Positions 55,959-64,000 of a stretch of DNA of 64,000 nucleotides are shown in pieces; within the stretch, counting starts at the first letter, position 1; every line of letters begins with the position of its first letter. The notes beneath the pieces were generated by a model. That model saw nothing but the letters and a program-made list of their open reading frames with translations, did not search any database and was not told the origin of the DNA. The stretch is from IMG/VR virus record IMGVR_UViG_3300037524_002016, positions 1-64,000 of that record. One strand, written 5' to 3'. Both the position numbers and the translations under genes were made by a program. The stretch comes from a virus.

Positions 55959-57328
55959 GCGGCCTCCGTGGTGGCAATAGCTCGCTGACCAATCGAGATG
56001 CCGCCGATGCCGCCCACACCGGTGCCACTACCGGCGAACTCTGCCCAGGCGCTGCTCTCCGCTGTTGCCGCACCCCCGAGCTTGATGGCCGTCGACAAAT
56101 CACCCGATGCAGTGGCACGGGCCTGGGCCTGCTGGACGTCGAGAGCCGGTGTCGTCAGGTTGCCGGTGGTGGTGGCTTGACCCAGGGCGTTACCTGTCAA
56201 CCGGATACCCGTGGTCAGGCTGCCGGAGCCTGTTGCGCCGGCGCGAGCCAATGCGGCTATACCGCCCACCGGGCCCAAAGATTCTGTGGCCCTGGAACCG
56301 CCAATGGAACTGGCCCCGATACTCTGAATGCCGACGGCACTGCCCGGCGTGCTGGACGCCGGCTGTGACGTGCCGAAGGTCGTCAGATCGCCGGTGGCCT
56401 CGGCACGTCCCTGGGCATTGCCCGTCAATCGGATGCCTGTGGTCAGGTTGCCAGAGGCCATTGCTTGGCCCAGGGCGGCACCTTCGAAACGAGCCACAGC
56501 ACCTGGTGCGGTCAGGGTGCCGGAAGCCAAAGCTTGACCCAAGGCGGAACCCGTCAACCGGATGCCTGTGGTCAGGTTGCCGGTCGCCGAGGCGCGTCCG
56601 ATTGCCGAGCCCGACATCGAGGCCGGTTCGCCCGGTGCGGTCAGCATGGCCGAAGCACTGGCCTCAGCAACCGCCGTACCTGTCAACTTGACACCTGTGG
56701 TCAAGACGCCGGAAGCGGTTGCCCGGACTTGGGCAGCGCCGGAGAATTGGGTGCCGATGACGGTTAGGTCACCCGAGGCGAGGGCCTGGGCAGCAGCGTT
56801 GCCGCTCAAACGAATCGCCGTAGAGAGGTTGCCCGAAGAAGTGACCTGGCTGACGGCATTGCCGCCCAACAGTGCGGAGCCGCCGCCCGTGGTGAGATCT
56901 CCAGTCGCGGTCGCCCGGCCCTCAGCAGCGCCGGTGATCTTGGCGCCCGAGGTCGTCAGGCTGGCTCCAGCGGTGGCTTCTGCCACGGCACGCGCCCGGA
57001 TCTCGGCGCCGACCACGGTCATCTCGTAGACCGACGCCACGATCACCAGCGCGCTATTGGTGCTGGCTACGGCTGACAGCGCGTCGCCTGACCCCAGATT
57101 CAGAGTACCCGGCCACGCCGAAACGGCGCGCCGGGCGCGAACCGAAAAACCCTGAGCCAGGGTCTGTGCAGATCCCCCTACCGGGGTGTAATAGAGGTCG
57201 TAGGTGACCGAAGCGTCGCTGTTGTTGGATACAACCAGGTCATGAACGGAAGCTTCCCTGCCCGTCGGGCAGGTGTAGACCGTCTGATTGTTCGTGCTCA
57301 GGGCTTTGGGGGCGGTCTTGAGACCCAT
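55955..57328 (-). CDS. Ala/Gly/Thr-rich 20-aa repeat virion protein
   Basis: N-terminal TVYTCP...N...L..GD.L domain; repeats LTTGIRLTG.A.G.A.A.G. Confidence 0.75.
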   Translation of the reverse strand: MGLKTAPKALSTNNQTVYTCPTGREASVHDLVVSNNSDASVTYDLYYTPVGGSAQTLAQGFSVRARRAVSAWPGTLNLGSGDALSAVASTNSALVIVASVYEMTVVGAEIRARAVAEATAGASLTTSGAKITGAAEGRATATGDLTTGGGSALLGGNAVSQVTSSGNLSTAIRLSGNAAAQALASGDLTVIGTQFSGAAQVRATASGVLTTGVKLTGTAVAEASASAMLTAPGEPASMSGSAIGRASATGNLTTGIRLTGSALGQALASGTLTAPGAVARFEGAALGQAMASGNLTTGIRLTGNAQGRAEATGDLTTFGTSQPASSTPGSAVGIQSIGASSIGGSRATESLGPVGGIAALARAGATGSGSLTTGIRLTGNALGQATTTGNLTTPALDVQQAQARATASGDLSTAIKLGGAATAESSAWAEFAGSGTGVGGIGGISIGQRAIATTEAA

Positions 57329-57346
57329 GGTTAACCCACTTCATGA

Positions 57347-59419
57347 TCAACCAACACCAGAGCCTTTGGCGAGCAGAAGCCAGTTGGTGCCGTTGAATAC
57401 GACCTCGACCCACTCTCCAGTAGCCAGCGCCGCTAAGGTACCGGCACCTGGCCCGCCATTGACAATGGACAAAGCAGACGCACCGGTGCTGTCTGCCGTT
57501 CTGCGTATGGTGCGCCGCTGCCCGGTCGGGACCGGAATGACGGAATAGGGGAGGGAATTGGAATCCGCGATGACAGCGGCCAGGGTAACGGTCCTGCCGG
57601 TGGTCAGCGGAGCCGTGCAGAGGGTGTCCCTTGCCCAGTCCGAATACATTGTAATGTTTGCGTCACCGAGAACCTGCGTGCTGTCGTTGAACTCCGGCAG
57701 CGGCAGGAATTCGCCGAACCGCTTGAGTATCCGAGAGCGCCACGAGTTTGCGGTTGCGAAATCCAGGCTGGTGCTGGTCGATTCACAAAGCGTAATTTGG
57801 GCGGGTTCGGTCGCGGTCACGCCGGCCGGGTCGTAGCTATCGATGGCGCACGACGCATTGCGGGTACTCGTGGCGTCCGCGCGAACGACGGCAACCGGTG
57901 TGGCATCGAACAGTGTTCGGTGAATTCCCACTGCATGTCGCAGTCGGCCCACCCGGACCCGGCTTGAGGTGCCCACCGAGAACAGGCCACGCGGAGTTGC
58001 GTTGGTGGTTGTGGTGCCGCAGTTCTGAATAGTAATGGCCTGAGCTTCAAGGGTAGAACCCGAGAACACTTTGAACATGCCGGTGCAAGAGGTCCCCATC
58101 GCGCACCCCTCAACGTGGATACTCGATGCCGCAACGCCACGCGCGGTATCTAAAATGAAAGGTGCGGACCCCGAGCCGGTGAACTCCGACCACTCGATGT
58201 TGAGTTGGTTAATTGTGGTCTCCTCGACCGCCGCACCGCCAGATGAGTTGCCCAAACGGAACGCACAGAAAGCTGATCCGGCGTTTACCGTGCCCGCACT
58301 CGCTCCGGCATCGCCATTACTGATGTGGATGTTGCTCCAGATGTTTCCGGTGCCCTTGACGTTCTGGTAAATACCGTAATTGTAATAATTACGGATGCGT
58401 ATGTTCTCGAATTTGCACGAAAATAGAAACGGCAACGTGGCACCGGAAAACAGAATTCCATTGCGGATGTACTTGGGGTTATCCGACGGGTTGCTGTAGA
58501 CATCTCCAATATCAATGTTCCGGAACTCGCTCATCCAGGCTCGCACACCTTGAAGGCCTGCGCCGGCCGACTGCCCAACTTGACTGGCCCCATAGCGAAG
58601 CCAAACACCGTCCACACTCACCCGGTTGACGCTCGCCGAACTGGCGGGGTTGCCGATAGTCATTACCGGGACGCCGTTCGTGAACTGCGTGATCCTGGCC
58701 TTGGTCGTGCCAAGCCAGCGACACAAGTCAGGCACTACGATTCCATTGGTACCTTCGATTTCGATCTCGCCGGCAGGGAAAAAAGCGATGTTGCCGGCGG
58801 CGGCGGCCGTCACCAGGGCAGCATTCACCGCGGTGCAGTTGTCTTGACGCTGCTGCGAGGTGACCCCTGCTCCCGTGACAACACCGGGGAGAGAGGCCAA
58901 TTGCACCAGACCAACCAGACCCATCGCCGCCGGCACCCATGCGGTACCGGACCACTGCGGCACCTGCCCCGTGGTGGCGCCGGACTGCGTGAGGGTGTCC
59001 AACGCCTGGGTACCTGTGTGGGTGGAACGGTCCCTCAATTCCGCATTGGTAGCAAGGCCGGCCAACTTGGTCTGCATGGCCGCAGTCATAACGCCCGCAT
59101 TAGTCCCGTCAGCAGCCGGTAAAACCGCGTCGGTTCCTGATGCAGATAAGACGGTGACCGTGGTCGCGTCACGTGACGTGGTAAGGTTCGTGGAGGCGCT
59201 GCCGCCACTTAAGACCCGAGTTATGAAACTCGAAACCCCATCCCATTCCCTGATGGTGCCGGGAGGATCTGTCGCAACAATCACCCATTCTCCATCGGCA
59301 AGAACAGGCGTGCCGTTACTGACGTTAACTGTTTCCGCGGCCCTCCACGCTTCAAGGGTAGTCTCGTCTGGACAGTGGTGAGGGGACCCACTAGAACGTG
59401 AAAAGCGTAAGTTTGACAC
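57347..59419 (-). CDS. spike-like protein with a pectate-lyase-like beta-helix
   Basis: THTGTQ and GA..GQV..W.G.AWVP linkers; DN..A.NAA.......FFPAG entry into an Asn/Ile-rich beta-helix; start codon uncertain. Confidence 0.7.
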   Translation of the reverse strand: MSNLRFSRSSGSPHHCPDETTLEAWRAAETVNVSNGTPVLADGEWVIVATDPPGTIREWDGVSSFITRVLSGGSASTNLTTSRDATTVTVLSASGTDAVLPAADGTNAGVMTAAMQTKLAGLATNAELRDRSTHTGTQALDTLTQSGATTGQVPQWSGTAWVPAAMGLVGLVQLASLPGVVTGAGVTSQQRQDNCTAVNAALVTAAAAGNIAFFPAGEIEIEGTNGIVVPDLCRWLGTTKARITQFTNGVPVMTIGNPASSASVNRVSVDGVWLRYGASQVGQSAGAGLQGVRAWMSEFRNIDIGDVYSNPSDNPKYIRNGILFSGATLPFLFSCKFENIRIRNYYNYGIYQNVKGTGNIWSNIHISNGDAGASAGTVNAGSAFCAFRLGNSSGGAAVEETTINQLNIEWSEFTGSGSAPFILDTARGVAASSIHVEGCAMGTSCTGMFKVFSGSTLEAQAITIQNCGTTTTNATPRGLFSVGTSSRVRVGRLRHAVGIHRTLFDATPVAVVRADATSTRNASCAIDSYDPAGVTATEPAQITLCESTSTSLDFATANSWRSRILKRFGEFLPLPEFNDSTQVLGDANITMYSDWARDTLCTAPLTTGRTVTLAAVIADSNSLPYSVIPVPTGQRRTIRRTADSTGASALSIVNGGPGAGTLAALATGEWVEVVFNGTNWLLLAKGSGVG

Positions 59420-59424
59420 TGCCT

Positions 59425-59877
59425 TTAACCTGCACCGGTAACTGGATCATAACTTGGCGTTGAAACACCGAGAATCGAAGAGGATGTGGGGGCCGTGACC
59501 GGCGTGTTCTTCAACAGCGCCCGGTAACTCTCAACTTTTTGAGAGGCCTGCGCGGCCACAGCCTTCATGTCGACATTGAAGCGGACCGCTTCGACCTTAC
59601 CATCGGTATACCGCTGCAGCATGGCCAGCGGCATCTGGGCCAGTTGCAGCGCTCCGAACCAGGCGCAGTACCGTTGCAGGTGCCGGGTCGCGGCATCCTG
59701 GCCGGCAAACACCGTGGCGTGGGTTGGCAGCCAGGTTTCGAGATCGATGAGCAAATCCTCCCCGAACCCGGCCGCCTCGATGAGGCTGTCGGGAATGTCG
59801 GTCTCATCCAGGCCAATGCAGGCGCGTATGGCGGCTGCCGTGGTGTACGGATGGTCGTCGTCGGGGAGATTGAGCAC
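59425..59877 (-). CDS. head-tail adaptor-like protein
   Basis: YTT...IRA.IG....D.PD..I; synteny. Confidence 0.6.
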   Translation of the reverse strand: MLNLPDDDHPYTTAAAIRACIGLDETDIPDSLIEAAGFGEDLLIDLETWLPTHATVFAGQDAATRHLQRYCAWFGALQLAQMPLAMLQRYTDGKVEAVRFNVDMKAVAAQASQKVESYRALLKNTPVTAPTSSSILGVSTPSYDPVTGAG

Positions 59878-59887
59878 CGCTCAAGCC

Positions 59888-60175
59888 TTACTCTTCCGGC
59901 AGGGGCGGGAACTCGTCGGCCGGCGAGCCGGGGACGATGTCGGCCAGCGCCTGGGCTTTTTCCTTGAGCAGTTCCAGGGTGGCTTCGGCGTCGGCCGGCA
60001 GTTCGATGTTCAGTAACTGGTCTTCGAGGTCGGTAATCTTGTCGAGGATTTCGGCGTGACCTTCATTGAGCTTGTTGAGGATGTCGGTCTGCTGGGCAGC
60101 CAGTTCATCGAGACGAGTCATGATGCTCTCCAGGGGCTCACCGCCCACGTAATTGTTGATAATGGTGGTACTCAT
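59888..60175 (-). CDS. acidic coiled-coil protein
   Basis: Heptad pattern; coupled to the holin-like gene. Confidence 0.7.
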   Translation of the reverse strand: MSTTIINNYVGGEPLESIMTRLDELAAQQTDILNKLNEGHAEILDKITDLEDQLLNIELPADAEATLELLKEKAQALADIVPGSPADEFPPLPEE

Positions 60176-60492
60176 CGGTTCATCGCCCGATGGTGAAGGT
60201 TCAACTCTGTGATGGACTCGGCCAGGACCTTTAATGCCTCGGCTGTTTTCATCTGGGCTTCGGTAGAGTGGCGGTACGCAGTCAAGAATTCGGCGTTCAA
60301 GCGACTGTGTTCAAGTGCCAAGTTTTTATACTGCTCCACCTGTGCCGCCTGCAGGGCGACCAGTTGGGTGTTCTGGTTGGCTTGCATCCTGAACCACATC
60401 CAGGCAAACAAGAGCAGTACGCTACCCGCAATGCCGTAGTGTTCTAGGGATTCCGGGCCCCACGAGATAGCATCCATGATCGCGATGTTCAT
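60172..60492 (-). CDS. holin-like protein (1 TM + coiled coil)
   Basis: YGIAGSVLLLFAWMWF followed by a coiled coil. Confidence 0.55.
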   Translation of the reverse strand: MNIAIMDAISWGPESLEHYGIAGSVLLLFAWMWFRMQANQNTQLVALQAAQVEQYKNLALEHSRLNAEFLTAYRHSTEAQMKTAEALKVLAESITELNLHHRAMNR

Positions 60493-60495
60493 TGG

Positions 60496-60792
60496 TCATA
60501 ACACCCTGCTCTTCAAGACTTCCTGAGACCCTTCGTCAACACCCGCATGCGGCGCCGTCGCTTCCCATCGCCAGCGCCAGAGGCCTGGAGATGTGAAGAT
60601 AATGTACGCATGATAACGCCCAACGGTATCTTTTACCAGTTCGGCTGCAGTGCCAAAGACGTACGTGGTCTTGGTTCCAGAGGGGGCCCTGACAATGAGT
60701 TGGAGGCCGCCGGGGTCGGCCAGAGTGCCGCCATCGTTGTAGGTGTCTAGATCGATGCGAGCGGCCTGACCTTGATACCAAACTTCAACCAT
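60496..60792 (-). CDS. small Ig-like virion protein
   Basis: G.LADP......V..PSG...GRY......PG.W..RW. Confidence 0.65.
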   Translation of the reverse strand: MVEVWYQGQAARIDLDTYNDGGTLADPGGLQLIVRAPSGTKTTYVFGTAAELVKDTVGRYHAYIIFTSPGLWRWRWEATAPHAGVDEGSQEVLKSRVL

Positions 60793-62407
60793 GACTGACC
60801 CTCGTAACGAGTCGTCCCCGTTTGCTGATTCGTGAAGTCAAATACCGGGCTCGACCGGTGCGGGACCACAGACGGAGCGGAATACCTGCGGCGGAGGGCG
60901 TTGTCAGGGCCGCCAGTGCCGTGGCTCTGACTGCGGCGTGGCCAGCCAGAAGAATGGATACCGAAAGGGTGCCAGTGGCATCGGCCTGGGCCAGGGCAGC
61001 AGCCGACAACGGAATTTGGGTAGTTAAGGTGGCAGAGGCCGCGCTTTCGGCAATAGCGTTGCCTTGGAATTGACTGGCACCGACCAGGAGAGAGCCCGAC
61101 GCCTGGGCCGCAGCCAGAGCGTCGCCAGACAGCAGGATTTGAACTGTCAAAACAGCCGTTGACATGGTTTCGGCCAGGGCAGAGCCGGCGACCAGAATGG
61201 CAGTTGAGAGATCACCGGTGGCCGAGGCTTCGCCGGCGGCAGAGCCGGCGAGGCCGTCAGTCGGTACAGTCAGACTGCCGGTGGCCGCTGCTTCACCGGT
61301 TGCAGTTCCGGCCAAACGAATGTCAGTGGTCAGGTTGCCGGTGGCGGAAGCCTCGCCGATGGCGGTTCCGGCCAAGGGTATGCCAGTGGTCACATCACCG
61401 GTGGCCGCTGCTTCACCGGTTGCAGTTCCGGCCAAACGAATGTCAGTGGCCAACACCGCAGCAGCCACAGCCTGTGCCATCGCCGTCGCCGACAAGGTAA
61501 TGGTTGCGGTCAGGTCGCCAGTCGCCACGGAGCCGGCCACCGCAGCGCCTTCCATGGGAATTGACGTCGTCAGCGTACCGGTGGCGGTGGTCAACGAAAG
61601 GGCCACACCATCGAGGGTTACAGATGTAGCTATACTGCCAGAGGCACTAGCCTGAGCCAGGGCAGTGCCCGACAACTGAGCCTGGGCAGGCGAATCGGCA
61701 GATCCCAGCAAAAAGATGACCTTGTTTTGTCGGTCGAACATCGCCCACGGGTTAGTCCCAAGTTCTTCCAATAACTCTGGGGACAATTTTGGAAATTCCG
61801 CTAAAAGATAAACCCTAATTGGCGCAGTAAAACCAAGGCCAGAATTGGTTTTCTTTGCCAGGATATCCCAAGAAGAGCCCGCCAAGGCATTAAACGTTAT
61901 AGCTATACGTCTAATGCCTGCCCAGTTATTGCTGGAGCCTATTGTGGTGGATGGTATTCCATCGAACCACGTAGGAGTTTGAATAGCAGCAGAGCCAGCA
62001 CGTTCAACACGGGTACGGTTTTTATCTCCGGCAGCAGCGTAGGAGTTTCCTAGCTGCACAGACACGTAATTACTATCATTATCGTGCCGGCTGTTTAAAA
62101 GGAAAGGAATAGCAGACGCGGTTTCGCAGTTTATTCTGGATTCAGCAACGGCAATGATAGAGGCTGAACTCGGCGGAGAGTTACTCAGAGCAATACATCT
62201 GTCAGTGCCGACAACACCTCCAAAAATATTTGTTTCAACGCCAAAAGCTACGCCTTCTTGGCCTCGGTAGACACCGACATTCGTCCCAATACTGCTGATT
62301 AGCCTGTTATCCTGCCAAGCCGGGACAATAAGTCTATTAGGTCGGCCGAATTTTTCCAGCACCCTTTGCGGGTACGGTGGCTGGGTACGCCATGTCCGGT
62401 TGATCAC
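60785..62407 (-). CDS. virion protein: AT-rich N-terminal globular domain plus 20-aa Ala/Gly/Thr repeats
   Basis: W..QP N-terminus, L..NPW..F domain end, repeats LTTDIRLAGTATGEAAATG. Confidence 0.75.
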   Translation of the reverse strand: MINRTWRTQPPYPQRVLEKFGRPNRLIVPAWQDNRLISSIGTNVGVYRGQEGVAFGVETNIFGGVVGTDRCIALSNSPPSSASIIAVAESRINCETASAIPFLLNSRHDNDSNYVSVQLGNSYAAAGDKNRTRVERAGSAAIQTPTWFDGIPSTTIGSSNNWAGIRRIAITFNALAGSSWDILAKKTNSGLGFTAPIRVYLLAEFPKLSPELLEELGTNPWAMFDRQNKVIFLLGSADSPAQAQLSGTALAQASASGSIATSVTLDGVALSLTTATGTLTTSIPMEGAAVAGSVATGDLTATITLSATAMAQAVAAAVLATDIRLAGTATGEAAATGDVTTGIPLAGTAIGEASATGNLTTDIRLAGTATGEAAATGSLTVPTDGLAGSAAGEASATGDLSTAILVAGSALAETMSTAVLTVQILLSGDALAAAQASGSLLVGASQFQGNAIAESAASATLTTQIPLSAAALAQADATGTLSVSILLAGHAAVRATALAALTTPSAAGIPLRLWSRTGRARYLTSRISKRGRLVTRVSHG

Positions 62408-62410
62408 AGG

Positions 62411-62863
62411 TTACGCCCAGGAGTAGGTGAACGGAGTAACTTTTACGAAAATATTACTACCGGTTCCGGTTATAGCTACTCCAGCTTTATTTTCTATGTA
62501 GAAAAAAGCCTTCTCAATACCTTCCAAGGAAATTATAGTACTCACCCTTTGCTCTTCATCTGTATCGTAAATAACGAAGGCTCCCATAAACCTGGCAGAC
62601 TCAATGTCGGTTCCTGTGGGAGCCGACGTTTCATCTTGGGTCCCATCGACATCCTGCAGTACTGCATATAGGTTTACTACAGAATTATTAGTTGGGATGC
62701 CCCCGAAAGTAGCAGGAGCATGCAGTACAGCGCGCGCAAAAGGATACAACAACGTGCTGTTATCGAATAACGTAGTTCCACCTGCAACTGCGTTATTAGC
62801 CAGATCGGCGGTCAAATCAATGACAGTGACCGGCGAATCAAACTTCATCTTAAGGTCAGGCAC
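62411..62863 (-). CDS. hypothetical virion protein
   Basis: AGGTGA RBS before GTG 62863; beta-rich. Confidence 0.7.
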   Translation of the reverse strand: MPDLKMKFDSPVTVIDLTADLANNAVAGGTTLFDNSTLLYPFARAVLHAPATFGGIPTNNSVVNLYAVLQDVDGTQDETSAPTGTDIESARFMGAFVIYDTDEEQRVSTIISLEGIEKAFFYIENKAGVAITGTGSNIFVKVTPFTYSWA

Positions 62864-62871
62864 TGTGTCAC

Positions 62872-63372
62872 CTAAATTTGGTTGGCCTGGAATGCAGTTG
62901 ACACATCGTCGTAGGTAACCGTATCGACAAAACCAAGGCGTAATCCTGTTACAGTAAGGGTTGTTACCGTTGTGCCACCCAGAATTAACTGCACATTTGT
63001 TGCTTTCCGCAGGCACGATTGTAGCAACGGCACAGCGTCAGTGGACCCCCAAACATCTGTAATAGCCTTGCGATATTTGCTTTTACGCATATCCAAAGGG
63101 CTGAAAGCCAACATCAACCGCCAAGCATCTCGCTTACCGGCAGACAGAGTGTCAAACTTTGTGATATCTGTGGCCTCAAACAAAGAGGTCGAAGCCATGG
63201 CGTAATCCCAAACATACTCAGTAGTCAGACTGTTCAGCCAATCAGCCATACGGATGTTGTCACAATCGTTGCCGTTCGAATAAATAAGACTTTGAACATA
63301 GGGATCGGCAGAGGCCCTAAGCGCTGTAACCAAAGTAGTCTGCTGACTCGGAGTGAGAACCGTATAAACCAC
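62872..63372 (-). CDS. hypothetical virion-module protein
   Basis: AAGGAG RBS before GTG. Confidence 0.75.
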   Translation of the reverse strand: MVYTVLTPSQQTTLVTALRASADPYVQSLIYSNGNDCDNIRMADWLNSLTTEYVWDYAMASTSLFEATDITKFDTLSAGKRDAWRLMLAFSPLDMRKSKYRKAITDVWGSTDAVPLLQSCLRKATNVQLILGGTTVTTLTVTGLRLGFVDTVTYDDVSTAFQANQI

Positions 63373-63423
63373 GTTGATCTCCTTAATATGTTGTTGTTGT
63401 ATAAGTGTATCCGGACGTAATAC

Positions 63424-63540
63424 TTAAATCACCGTGTCGCCATCAATGACTGCCACATGGGACCGCTTCGAAAAACCGGTCAGCATCCGGATCAGGATAG
63501 AGCCCGGCGCAGTGCTACGAGATAAAATCAGGCGAAGCAT
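63424..63540 (-). pseudogene. truncated permuted NlpC/P60 (YiiX-like) gene, 38 aa
   Basis: GAGGT RBS; MLRLILSRSTAPGSILIRMLTGFSKRSHVAVIDGDTVI then stop. Confidence 0.5.
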
Positions 63541-63541
63541 G

Positions 63542-64000
63542 TCAGACCTCGTACTCGAAGCCGGCATTCAGCACGGTAATGTAGTTCGTGGCGGTGGCGG
63601 CTTCGGCATAAATATTCCCATATGGTTCTACAGGTAAAGCCGAAATCCCGCTGTACATGGTGGTATTTGCCGCCGGAGTATATAAGCTCACCAACGCATT
63701 AAACACAGAATTAGTGTCTACTACCGATTGGTTACTTACAGCGCCTTTGGCGACCCCTGCCGATGTGGTGTCCCCTACTCCGATATTTAAAAAGGCTCGA
63801 GTCGTTGAATAGGGAAAGTGCGCAAACGTATAGACGTTGCCGGCAGTTGACCCAGTAACAGTCAGCATGGTGTACGGTTCTCTATACATAAACCGCCGCG
63901 TATTTGACTTGTTTTCTGAGATACAGTACCCCAACATTAGTGCTGTGCTGGCAGCCGCAGTGCGAACACAACCAATAAAACGATAAGCATTACCTAAGTC
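63542..64000 (-). CDS. C-terminal part of an AT-rich fiber-like protein (continues beyond the window)
   Basis: Open frame to the window edge; beta-rich C-terminus ending GFEYEV. Confidence 0.6.
   Translation of the reverse strand, partial: DLGNAYRFIGCVRTAAASTALMLGYCISENKSNTRRFMYREPYTMLTVTGSTAGNVYTFAHFPYSTTRAFLNIGVGDTTSAGVAKGAVSNQSVVDTNSVFNALVSLYTPAANTTMYSGISALPVEPYGNIYAEAATATNYITVLNAGFEYEV

Overview
This window is about 64 kb of a large, GC-rich, tailed dsDNA phage genome of siphovirus type. The host is probably proteobacterial, but that is inference. There are two convergent halves. The + strand (1-34.8 kb) holds small early genes with several repeat elements, a secreted S8 protease, an M15/extensin-like peptidase, TraR and two Fis-type regulators, dUTPase, ThyX, a tyrosine integrase facing an 8/4-type tRNA-Ser, primase-helicase, SNF2 helicase, a family A DNA polymerase split into two genes, DEDDh exonuclease, an intein-bearing class II RNR, a resolvase and SbcD/SbcC. 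The - strand (34.8-64 kb) holds tail-tip genes, a 2313-aa central fiber, a 2869-aa tape measure with two peptidoglycan-hydrolase domains, tail tube, neck genes, appendage-like proteins and a holin-like gene. The most notable unexplained signals are: (i) a 29-bp GNA-triloop palindrome in three copies, two of them in-frame inside genes; (ii) a promoter-terminator-bounded CU-rich sRNA candidate followed by a multi-hairpin leader containing the complement of a CACACGAGA motif found before several start codons; (iii) the two-chain PolA; (iv) the 8/4 tRNA-Ser with a candidate att core; (v) a TraR with Thr at the critical Ala8; (vi) an operator-like palindrome shared by a replication promoter and the tail-tube promoter; (vii) AT-rich patches exactly at catalytic motifs. 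All family calls come from motif recognition by eye; no database searches were run.
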